Positions 9,086 to 17,516 of a stretch of DNA of 64,000 nucleotides are shown here, piece by piece (positions within the stretch are counted from its first letter, which is position 1; each line of letters opens with the position of its first letter). This stretch comes from a virus. The stretch lies in the IMG/VR virus record IMGVR_UViG_3300031857_016023, positions 1-64,000 of that record, one strand, 5' to 3'. Under the pieces are notes generated by a model that was not told the origin of the DNA, searched no databases, and saw only the letters and a list, made by a program, of their open reading frames with translations. The translations under genes were made by a program, and so were the position numbers.

Positions 9086-9790
9086 TTACCTTTGTATTGA
9101 TAGCGATAAATTACCTTCAAGTAAAGAGTATATGTTTTTTTCAAAATAGTTTTTTAAAATTAACATATGGGGGCAATATCTCTGCTTATTGTGTATTTCA
9201 ATATTTGATTCTGATATTTTAACTAATTCTTTTAAATATTTAATAAATCCTTCACTAAAAGGAGTTCCAAATAAATCAACTATATTAGGATATAAAAAAT
9301 AATCTGAAGCAAATTTATTAGGGATTATAGAAAAAATATCAGAAACCATACCATAAGAATGCTCACTTGGAGTTATGACTTGATCAGGATGAGCATTTAT
9401 CATGTCTAAAACATTAATTTCTTTTTTAATGTCAATATCGTATCTAGTTGAAACAAAAAAATCATATTTTAAATTAACCAACTCAAAAGCTTTTCTTTTA
9501 CCATAATGTAATGAGATAGAATTTATAAGTTTATCAGGAGTAACTAAATTTTTTGGATTTTTTTGTTGAATTTCTTTTTGCATTTCTTCAAATAGAGGAA
9601 CATTAACATCATAATTTTCTATTAATTGTTTTGTAGGAATTAACACTTCATTTACAAGATTAACATTTGATTCTTGCCAATTATGGCAATATACATCTAA
9701 ATTATTAAATTTAACAAATTCTGATATTTTTTGCCAAGTTTGCGTAAATGATCTTAATTGACCAGAGAGAAGTAAAGCTCCTTTTTTCAT
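9086..9790 (-). CDS. Putative glycosyltransferase, paralogue of the downstream gene
   Basis: ALLLSGQLR, DVYCHNW, YDFFVSTRYD, SDIFSI; start could also be 9799. Confidence 0.6.
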   Translation of the reverse strand: MKKGALLLSGQLRSFTQTWQKISEFVKFNNLDVYCHNWQESNVNLVNEVLIPTKQLIENYDVNVPLFEEMQKEIQQKNPKNLVTPDKLINSISLHYGKRKAFELVNLKYDFFVSTRYDIDIKKEINVLDMINAHPDQVITPSEHSYGMVSDIFSIIPNKFASDYFLYPNIVDLFGTPFSEGFIKYLKELVKISESNIEIHNKQRYCPHMLILKNYFEKNIYSLLEGNLSLSIQR

Positions 9791-9791
9791 T

Positions 9792-10631
9792 TTATCCATA
9801 TTTTGCCTCTAATATTTTTCTCCAATTAGGAATCCTATCATATTGATGAACAATTGTAAAGGGTATCCCGGTAGATGTTGTAACAATATTAACACTCATT
9901 TTTGGTTCCGCTTCTATTAAAAATGGCCTGAACTTTTCAATCTTTGTTGGATCTCCTGTCGTGCCAAGTTGTGCAGCCCAAGCATCTTCCGACCTCAAAT
10001 ATACAGAAGTTTCTTTATACGGCGACATTGAAATCATAAAGTTGAATGTAGATTGGTCACAAATAGGAATTGGTCTGCCTTGCGTGGCAACAAAGATATT
10101 ACAAATCAAATCACGCAGAGCATGACCACGACCTGCAAGAACACCCACATTATAAATTTCATTATCTTTAAATTTACTGTAAATGAAATCACCAAAAGTT
10201 TGGTGTAGATTTTCATTTCCCCATGGTTCATCTTTGTAATACATGCTCTCAGAAGCAAACATCAGGTTCTTATCGTCAGTCAAAGCCTTTTCGATATAGT
10301 GAATCGGATTTTGTTGGAAAATAACATCTTTCACATCAGTAGTGATAGCATACCGATATTCATTTTGTGAAAGGTAATTGTAGATATGCAAGAATCTTTC
10401 CACATGCGGAGCTCGACCCGTTTGTGGATAAGTTAGATTTCCTTGTGTGTCTTGTTGAAAACCTACAACAATAAAACCGGCGTCAGAAACTTTCTTTACC
10501 GTATCTTTGTCGCAGTTCATTAGAATCAGGACTTTATCACCTTGAAATCCTGATTTGTTGATTGAGTTAACCCAATACTTTAAAACATTCCAATCGTAGT
10601 TACTGGCACCACCAATTATCAAATCTTTCAT
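9792..10631 (-). CDS. GT-A fold glycosyltransferase-like protein
   Basis: RFLHIY, TTDVKDVIFQ (DxxD), YNVGVLAG, DQSTFN, IVHQYDR. Confidence 0.7.
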   Translation of the reverse strand: MKDLIIGGASNYDWNVLKYWVNSINKSGFQGDKVLILMNCDKDTVKKVSDAGFIVVGFQQDTQGNLTYPQTGRAPHVERFLHIYNYLSQNEYRYAITTDVKDVIFQQNPIHYIEKALTDDKNLMFASESMYYKDEPWGNENLHQTFGDFIYSKFKDNEIYNVGVLAGRGHALRDLICNIFVATQGRPIPICDQSTFNFMISMSPYKETSVYLRSEDAWAAQLGTTGDPTKIEKFRPFLIEAEPKMSVNIVTTSTGIPFTIVHQYDRIPNWRKILEAKYG

Positions 10632-10652
10632 AACGACCTCATTGTATATTAA

Positions 10653-10979
10653 TTACTTATGCTTGCTATAGTCCTTAAACCGTTTAATTTCTTGGCCTGG
10701 TGTTGCATTTTGATAATTTCGCCGAAGTGTGTCTGTTCCCCATTGGCCCGCACCAGCAACAGGCAATATATCAGGTTTTATTTCTTCGCTCACACTTTTA
10801 TGAAGTTTCACATTGGTAACAGACTGCACATGTTTCCAAGCAGCTTGAGTATCTTTATTCTTTATATGTTGTTCGAGCTTCTTCTTTTGTTCTGCGTTGG
10901 CCTTTTGATGAAACTTAAACATTTCCATCGCACCAATATTGCCAACATAAGCGGCTTCGTCTACCTTACTTTTAAACAT
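10653..10979 (-). CDS. Small hypothetical protein, probably an internal head protein
   Basis: Start moved to ATG 10979 (TAATG coupling, GAGGGG SD); VDE/A and VSE/E sites, GAGQWGT..Y...TPGQ motif. Confidence 0.6.
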   Translation of the reverse strand: MFKSKVDEAAYVGNIGAMEMFKFHQKANAEQKKKLEQHIKNKDTQAAWKHVQSVTNVKLHKSVSEEIKPDILPVAGAGQWGTDTLRRNYQNATPGQEIKRFKDYSKHK

Positions 10980-11251
10980 TAACCCCTCGTCAACTTTAAT
11001 ATTTTTTGCATTTGTTTTTCGATGATTGGTCCACGGTTTGGCCAATGAATATATGGTTGACTAGCAGTTTTATAAAGATTGGTAAGAAAAGGCATAATAA
11101 TTTTTTCTACTTGTTCTAGCCTTGCTTTATATTCTTCAACTGTTTCATCTTTTTCGGCAATAACTGCCTGATATTCGGCCTCGTCAACTGTGGTAAAACC
11201 AAAGTCATCATCACCATATTGTTTAAGAATGTCATTGATGTTGTATGTCAT
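10979..11251 (-). CDS. Conserved phage hypothetical protein
   Basis: Start moved to ATG 11251 (TAATG coupling); DDFGFT..PFLTNL..YIHWPNR motif. Confidence 0.7.
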   Translation of the reverse strand: MTYNINDILKQYGDDDFGFTTVDEAEYQAVIAEKDETVEEYKARLEQVEKIIMPFLTNLYKTASQPYIHWPNRGPIIEKQMQKILKLTRG

Positions 11252-12477
11252 TATTTGTCCCAATTCTTTGCTGCATTGAAGTTTGCTTGACTGAATTCTA
11301 AACGATCAACCAATTTAACAGCATTACCTTTTAATCTATCTACTGCAACAAAACCTTCTGGTGCAGTAATTCTGAAACCACTATCTGTTTTTACAAATGT
11401 GCCAATTGTTTTAACTGTTTCTAATTTACGAATAATCATTAGTTTAGCATCCACCAATAAATTTTGTAAATCAAAAATTGATCTTAGTTGCGCTGCATTT
11501 TGACGAAAAAACCGCATAAGTTCTGTTTTTGCTGCAATTCGTTTTCGTTTTGTTTCTTCTTTCTTTACATCAGCAATATCTTTATTTAGCTTAGCTTCAA
11601 TCCAACGTATCAATTCAAGTGTGTGCTGGTTTGTATTGGTAATTTTTGCACCTTGGCGAACTTTAGCATTATTAAATGTTTTAATGTAAGTTTTAATTGT
11701 TTCGTTTGAAGAAATACGATTCAAAGTCATCGAGGACATACTTTGAAATGTGCGGCCCGCCAGTGAAAGAATTGTGGTTAATTGTTTTGTTTCTTCTTCT
11801 GTAAATGTAGCAGAACCAGAAATGTCAACAAATGAGGCATCACGGAACCAAATATCTTTGGTATTCGTAAGGCCACCAATATCAACATTAAAAGATGCCT
11901 TCATATCCTGCATCTTTTTGCCTGTATATGATGTATGAAACACCACACCTACCTGAGCATCTAGCATCGAGCGAGCCAGTTTAGTATCAGAAGGTACCGC
12001 ATAGACAATGGTATTTGGTTGAAATGTAATGTAAGATTGATTATCGATTACTTGCTTGTCAATATCACCTTTTGTAAACATCATATCGCCTTGCAGGACA
12101 CCTTTGATGCCAAGTTTTGGTAGATAACGCAAAGCTATTTTGAGTTTTTTATTCAGACCTTCTGTTGGATGGTTCTCATCAATGTCATCTTCTGTATAGT
12201 TTAATTTTGGATTGACATTGAAAACGCCTTTGGTGCCAACAAAGAACTTACCATTTTCTGGATTAATGCCAGCAAAAATAGCAGGTGCACCATCCCATTT
12301 GGTGGTGACATTTACTTTAGTATCAGCATGACCTGCTAACATATTGCGAAGTGCTTGTAGAAAGTTGATGGCAGACCTGGCACCTGATACGCCAAAATTT
12401 AGAACTTCATCCTCAATATGCTCGAGGTGAACATTTTTACCTTCTTTGCTTTCCGTTAAGTATTCTGTAAAATTCAT
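11251..12477 (-). CDS. DUF6267-like protein with ATP-dependent ligase/nucleotidyltransferase motifs
   Basis: HLEHIED, KWDGAPA (KxDG), QGDMMF, PEGFV, VKLVDR; MNFTEYLTE N-terminus. Confidence 0.7.
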   Translation of the reverse strand: MNFTEYLTESKEGKNVHLEHIEDEVLNFGVSGARSAINFLQALRNMLAGHADTKVNVTTKWDGAPAIFAGINPENGKFFVGTKGVFNVNPKLNYTEDDIDENHPTEGLNKKLKIALRYLPKLGIKGVLQGDMMFTKGDIDKQVIDNQSYITFQPNTIVYAVPSDTKLARSMLDAQVGVVFHTSYTGKKMQDMKASFNVDIGGLTNTKDIWFRDASFVDISGSATFTEEETKQLTTILSLAGRTFQSMSSMTLNRISSNETIKTYIKTFNNAKVRQGAKITNTNQHTLELIRWIEAKLNKDIADVKKEETKRKRIAAKTELMRFFRQNAAQLRSIFDLQNLLVDAKLMIIRKLETVKTIGTFVKTDSGFRITAPEGFVAVDRLKGNAVKLVDRLEFSQANFNAAKNWDK

Positions 12478-13583
12478 TAGCTATACTTTATAAAAATACT
12501 ACTGTTTTTTGTAGCAGATGAAGCATATTCAAAAATGTATTTGCAGAATTCATCTTCTTTTTTAGATTGTAATACTGCATAAACTAAACTAATACCAAGG
12601 TATTTGGACATCCACCAAGTTTTATCTTTTCTATGGCCAGCTTTTGCTTGCATTATTAAATCTTCTAAACTTTCTTTAGATTTTGACAAATATTTAAACA
12701 TCGTAGCAAATTCTTTGAAATCGGAATCTTTTGGTTTTTCAATTGGTACTTGATTGGGTTGTGTTAACTTTGTTCTAGGAACTCCAGCTTCTATAGCACC
12801 AGACATTACAACTCCACCACCAATTTTTCCGCCTGCTGCACTTTTACCTTTAATTTCACCTTGCCAAGAAGATGGTTGTGGTCTACTAGAAAAATTTCGA
12901 AATTGAATTTCACCATCTACACCTTCTGATTTATATTGAATGTAAATATCTTTTGAATCAAACATATTTGCGCCAAGTTTTATTCCTTTAAACTGTGCTA
13001 TAAGTGGTTTACCATTATTAAAAATTTTAGAGTGTGCTTCAGTTGCTTTAGGATCTAATTTTTTCAGAGAAATACCAATTAAATTGGTTTTCGCAAATTC
13101 ATCATAGATGTAACGATTATAATCTCTGAGAGTTGGCCACCCTTCTTTTAATCTGAAATCTTTTTTGGCCATCCAAATATCAGCAGGATTCCATTTATCA
13201 TCACCACTAATGCCACTATCTTTTTTAAATTTTCTCCATTGATCATAAATGGAATCTACGAACCTACCGCCACGATAAAATTTAAATCTTTTTCCTGTTT
13301 TAGCACCAGGCACTTCTTCAAAAATTTTATTTGATGTTTTTACAATGCTGAGAAACCACTTTTCATCCAAACCTTTCATGCATTGTTTTAGTGTTCTATC
13401 ACAGTCGGCGTCAGAAATTGTTCTTTCTGTAACTTGTGAAATATCACCAAGAGGTTTACCATAATGCTGTCTTGTAGCACAAGCATAAGCTTGTAAAGAT
13501 TCAGCAAGTGCAGTTACTTCTGCGCCGGCACCAGATTGGCCTGAAGTATCAGTATTAACTTTAGTAGGAATTTTCATATTCAT
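12477..13583 (-). CDS. Putative PD-(D/E)xK restriction-endonuclease-like protein
   Basis: AESLQA..KWNPADIW..LIGISLKK pattern. Confidence 0.55.
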   Translation of the reverse strand: MNMKIPTKVNTDTSGQSGAGAEVTALAESLQAYACATRQHYGKPLGDISQVTERTISDADCDRTLKQCMKGLDEKWFLSIVKTSNKIFEEVPGAKTGKRFKFYRGGRFVDSIYDQWRKFKKDSGISGDDKWNPADIWMAKKDFRLKEGWPTLRDYNRYIYDEFAKTNLIGISLKKLDPKATEAHSKIFNNGKPLIAQFKGIKLGANMFDSKDIYIQYKSEGVDGEIQFRNFSSRPQPSSWQGEIKGKSAAGGKIGGGVVMSGAIEAGVPRTKLTQPNQVPIEKPKDSDFKEFATMFKYLSKSKESLEDLIMQAKAGHRKDKTWWMSKYLGISLVYAVLQSKKEDEFCKYIFEYASSATKNSSIFIKYS

Positions 13584-13591
13584 GTGCCATA

Positions 13592-14662
13592 CTATATTTT
13601 TGAAAAATTTATTTGATTATTGAAATTTATATCTGGTTCAAACTCAAAAAATTCCATAATTCTTTTTATTCCACCTTTTAACCATTCTATTACTTTTTCA
13701 AAAAGATCTGTAACAAAATCTTTAATTTTTTTAAAAATTCCAGTAATTATATTTTCTGTTAAAAATATACCATCATAATAATCAAATTCTTCTTTTAATT
13801 TTTTAGCTATCAAACCAACAACACCATAATAATGGTATCGGCCAGTTTTAACTTTTTCAATTTTTTGGGACATTGTTTTAAATCGGCAATCTACATTTGT
13901 CACTTCAGAAACTTTTTTAATTAGTTGTTTATTTTTTATTTTAGCGAATTTATTATTTTGCCCATTTTCGTCCGTAGAAAGTAACCAAATAGCCTTAGCT
14001 TTAGAATCACCAAATTTAACTTCACCACTCATAGCTTCATATACGAAATTATATTTAAATTCTTGATTTTCATTAAATAAATTTTCTAACATATTTTTTA
14101 TTTCATGGTTTATTTTATTTGCTTTTTCAAGAACAATATCATTTCCTTTTTTTAAAGCTTCTCTGGTACCTCCTTCTTTTGTAAGCGTTAGTTCACTAAG
14201 CTTGTTCAATTTTAAATATATTTCTTTTGCTAAGTTTTCTGATTGCACACTTGGGGTGTTTTTAACCGCTGCATAAAAAGTAGCTTTGGCTTCTCTTTTT
14301 CCACCAGACATTAATTGTGCATCTCCCATTTTTATTGATATTCTTTCGTTACCTATTACAATATCAGTTTTTGGTGTTTTGGTTCCTCCTGCTACATTAT
14401 ATGGTTTCCAAAATTCTGCCCATTCATCAGTAACTTCCATACTTTTTAATTTATAAGCTTTTGTTCCAGTTACACCTTGTTGTTTTAAAAACTTAACAAT
14501 GTTTTTTCCAGCCTGAGGTGATATTTTAGTTTTTTTTGAAAGTTTTGGAGGTTCAGTATTATTCCACGCAGAAACAATAACTAATTCCATTTTAGAACCC
14601 TCAGAATTAGATTCATTCAAAAACTGAATATCCTCAGAAATAAATTGTTTGAATGGTTTCAT
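13592..14662 (-). CDS. Putative PD-(D/E)xK nuclease with CTS-like N-terminus
   Basis: MKPFKQFISE; TPKTDI...RISIKMG. Confidence 0.55.
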   Translation of the reverse strand: MKPFKQFISEDIQFLNESNSEGSKMELVIVSAWNNTEPPKLSKKTKISPQAGKNIVKFLKQQGVTGTKAYKLKSMEVTDEWAEFWKPYNVAGGTKTPKTDIVIGNERISIKMGDAQLMSGGKREAKATFYAAVKNTPSVQSENLAKEIYLKLNKLSELTLTKEGGTREALKKGNDIVLEKANKINHEIKNMLENLFNENQEFKYNFVYEAMSGEVKFGDSKAKAIWLLSTDENGQNNKFAKIKNKQLIKKVSEVTNVDCRFKTMSQKIEKVKTGRYHYYGVVGLIAKKLKEEFDYYDGIFLTENIITGIFKKIKDFVTDLFEKVIEWLKGGIKRIMEFFEFEPDINFNNQINFSKI

Positions 14663-14690
14663 AAATTAATCTCTCTATAAGTTAATTTAC

Positions 14691-14698
14691 TATTTATC
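14691..14698 (-). promoter_or_regulatory. Late promoter variant GATAAATA
   Basis: ATAAATA core 28 nt upstream of the 14662 start. Confidence 0.55.
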
Positions 14699-15809
14699 TT
14701 ATAATATCTATCTCTTTGTCACCTGTCCACACCTCAATCTCTGTTCTCAGTCGATTCTCTGTTTGGAGTGTTCTAAATCTACTACAAGCCTTCTTTTTCC
14801 ACCATTCTACGATGTTTTCCAAATGGTGTTTATCATAGTTCTCCTTGTCTGGCACAAGTTTATCTGTCTTTCCAAGAACCACATCTTTAAAGTTGGAGAA
14901 GCCATAATTTGAATAGTAGTATCGTTTTTTTTCAGTCAAACCTTTGGCCTTTTCAATAGTGTTCATAAACAAGTCATAATCAGTCTTATGATTCTTTAAT
15001 GATGCTTTGGTCATAGCAATAATTGTGTTGCTAATTTTTAATTTGCGACTAGATGCGTCAGCAGGAACAAATTCACCAACGATGCCTTCAACATAGTTTT
15101 TCAAATCTTCATAAGGTTTGCCGTGCATCATTGGTAGAAAATTGGATTCAGTTACACCGCCAAAACGCAAATAAGGTTTCATGCCATCATATTGTGATAC
15201 GGCTTTTGTGGTGCCATATAAACTGGTCGTTTCAAACAAGCAAGTATTCATATTATATTTTTTGTCCAACATTTCTCTTACTTCATGTGAACAACAGATA
15301 CCTGCAAGTAACTTTCCACCAAGATAATTGAAACCAAAAGGTTGTGCTGGTACAATTACGAAACCCATACCTGCAGCACGATTGAAAGCCTTTGTTGTTT
15401 CTAGTTCATTGGTCATTACACATTGAAGCAGTTCGTTTCTTGGTTTCATCATAATTGTTGGCGAACCAATACGAATAAAACCAACCCATTTCTTTGTTTT
15501 CTTTTCCATTACTGCAAGGCGAAGATTGCGACCAGGACTACTAAGGTTGTTGTGTGATGAAATTATATCCAAATACAACTGCCATCTTGCTGATTCCAAT
15601 TCAACAACTTCAAACTCCATATCTTGTGGATTGATTGTGAAGTCATCAAATAAATCTGCTTCAGGTCCACAACCAGGCAGAGTAAAAGGCATCTCAGCAA
15701 GAGAGTTTAGTTTTTGCTCACGCATATATTCATCGATTCGGTTGAAGTCACCAAAATAATCTTCAAAGACCTTGGCACAATGTAAGGCCTGTTCATAATT
15801 TAAATTCAT
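14694..15809 (-). CDS. DUF4338/DruA-like protein (probable GNAT-like fold), paralogue 1
   Basis: PGRNLR, GFIRIGS, IVPAQPFGFNYLGGKLLA, ETTSLYG, SQYD. Confidence 0.7.
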   Translation of the reverse strand: MNLNYEQALHCAKVFEDYFGDFNRIDEYMREQKLNSLAEMPFTLPGCGPEADLFDDFTINPQDMEFEVVELESARWQLYLDIISSHNNLSSPGRNLRLAVMEKKTKKWVGFIRIGSPTIMMKPRNELLQCVMTNELETTKAFNRAAGMGFVIVPAQPFGFNYLGGKLLAGICCSHEVREMLDKKYNMNTCLFETTSLYGTTKAVSQYDGMKPYLRFGGVTESNFLPMMHGKPYEDLKNYVEGIVGEFVPADASSRKLKISNTIIAMTKASLKNHKTDYDLFMNTIEKAKGLTEKKRYYYSNYGFSNFKDVVLGKTDKLVPDKENYDKHHLENIVEWWKKKACSRFRTLQTENRLRTEIEVWTGDKEIDIIR

Positions 15810-17209
15810 ACTTTTAGTCCACCAAAATCACGATTAAATTTATTTTCTCGATTGCCAAATGTATTAATTGGGCCATTATCTTCATCTTGTCCTGAATCGG
15901 TAATGCCTTGTTGTGCTGATTCTTCTACATCATACAAGCGCATCTTAGACCTATCAACACCAACCACAAATCGTTTGAAGGCATTTGGATCAGAGTAACG
16001 ATTTTTCAACTGTTTGACAAGTATCTGATTCAGGCTTTCTAATTCTTCATTTGTAATCAAAGCAAACATGAAGTCAGCAGTTGCAGGCAGACCAAACGAT
16101 TCACTTGTATCTTCCAAACCAGGATCAGAATTCGTAAAACCACTTCTTGTTGTTTGTGTCGCAGAAACAATTGGTAGATTATTTTCTACAGCCAGACCAC
16201 GAAGTTCTTCAGCAATTGATTTAATATAAGTGTAACTGTTCACATTACCGCCAGGTTTGATTCGAGCAGAAGCACAGATGTTAAGATAATCAATAAAGAT
16301 AATATCAGGCTTAAATGATTTCTTCAATGCAAGTTCATTCAGCAAAGCACGAAAATGAAGGGCAGAGGCCGATGCGGTTGGATATTCTTTGATAATTAAT
16401 TTGCCGTGTGTTTTAACTTTGAGTGATTCAAACTTGCGTTCATAATCATTCTTACTCATGGTATGTAGCTCATTGAAATCCACATTCAGCAAGTTCGCAT
16501 CGATTCGTTCTGCAATCTTTTCTTCTGCCATTTCCATGGTAATATACAGAACATTATGACCTTGTGACAAACAACTGCCAGCCATATGACACATAAACAA
16601 TGATTTACCAACACCAGTACCAGCAAGTGCGATATTCAAAGTCTTAACTGGTAAACCACCTTTTGTAATCTTGTTGAAAATATCCAAATCAAAGCGAACA
16701 CGGCTTTCTACACGGTGATAAAAGTCATATCGGTCATCAAAGTCCTGCATATAATCGTGACCAACATTACTGTCAAAAGAAACACCAAGAGCATCACTTA
16801 ATAGCTTTGGTATTTCTCCTTTGCTTCTTTTGGATTGTTTGTCATCTAAGATATGGACAGATTCCATGATGGCATTGTAGATGGCTTTATCTTGGCAAAA
16901 CTTTTCAGTTTGCTCAGTAATCCATGCCAGTTCTACAGTTTCATCTTTGGTTTCTTTGATTGAATTGAGAAGTTCAATCGCTGACTTTACCTGTGGTTCT
17001 GTCAGCGATTTACTTTCGGTGAGATTAATTACAAGGGCTTCGTGTGATGGAAGATTTTTATATTTGTTGGTAAAATCAAAAACTTCTTTAAAAACAATTC
17101 GCTCCGCATCATCACTAAAATAATCAGAACGAATAAAGGGAATTACTTTGCGTGTAAATGCCTCATTGTAAATTAAGTTCTTCAGTATCGTCTGTTCCAG
17201 CCTCGTCAT
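15806..17209 (-). CDS. gp41: Replicative DnaB-like helicase gp41
   Basis: AGTGVGKS, ITMEMAE, IKEYPT, IFIDYLNI, SATQTTR, SESFGLPATAD, QLKNRY. Confidence 0.95.
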   Translation of the reverse strand: MTRLEQTILKNLIYNEAFTRKVIPFIRSDYFSDDAERIVFKEVFDFTNKYKNLPSHEALVINLTESKSLTEPQVKSAIELLNSIKETKDETVELAWITEQTEKFCQDKAIYNAIMESVHILDDKQSKRSKGEIPKLLSDALGVSFDSNVGHDYMQDFDDRYDFYHRVESRVRFDLDIFNKITKGGLPVKTLNIALAGTGVGKSLFMCHMAGSCLSQGHNVLYITMEMAEEKIAERIDANLLNVDFNELHTMSKNDYERKFESLKVKTHGKLIIKEYPTASASALHFRALLNELALKKSFKPDIIFIDYLNICASARIKPGGNVNSYTYIKSIAEELRGLAVENNLPIVSATQTTRSGFTNSDPGLEDTSESFGLPATADFMFALITNEELESLNQILVKQLKNRYSDPNAFKRFVVGVDRSKMRLYDVEESAQQGITDSGQDEDNGPINTFGNRENKFNRDFGGLKV

Positions 17210-17516
17210 CTAATTCTTTCTTTTTCAGAATGTTATTATCAAAAATAGACACTAATATGTCACCCATCATTGTATCAAACTTTTTGTTTGATTGCAAGTC
17301 TTTAAATTCAAATTTACCTCCATCATCCAAAAAATAATCAAACTTAATTCTTGGAGGATCTTCTTCTACAACTTCAATTGTACCATAATGATAAACTACT
17401 CCTTCAAATTTTCCTTTTAATATGCGAATAGATGTTACTTTATCAACACCATCCATATCAACGAATCCATAATCTTCGCCTTCAACAGGCCATTTTTTCT
17501 CAGGCCGTAATTTCAT
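17163..17516 (-). CDS. Hypothetical protein in the T4 gp40 position between uvsX and gp41
   Basis: Likely start MKLRPEKK at 17516; IRILKGKFEGVVYHYG motif; synteny. Confidence 0.55.
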   Translation of the reverse strand: MKLRPEKKWPVEGEDYGFVDMDGVDKVTSIRILKGKFEGVVYHYGTIEVVEEDPPRIKFDYFLDDGGKFEFKDLQSNKKFDTMMGDILVSIFDNNILKKKELDDEAGTDDTEELNLQ

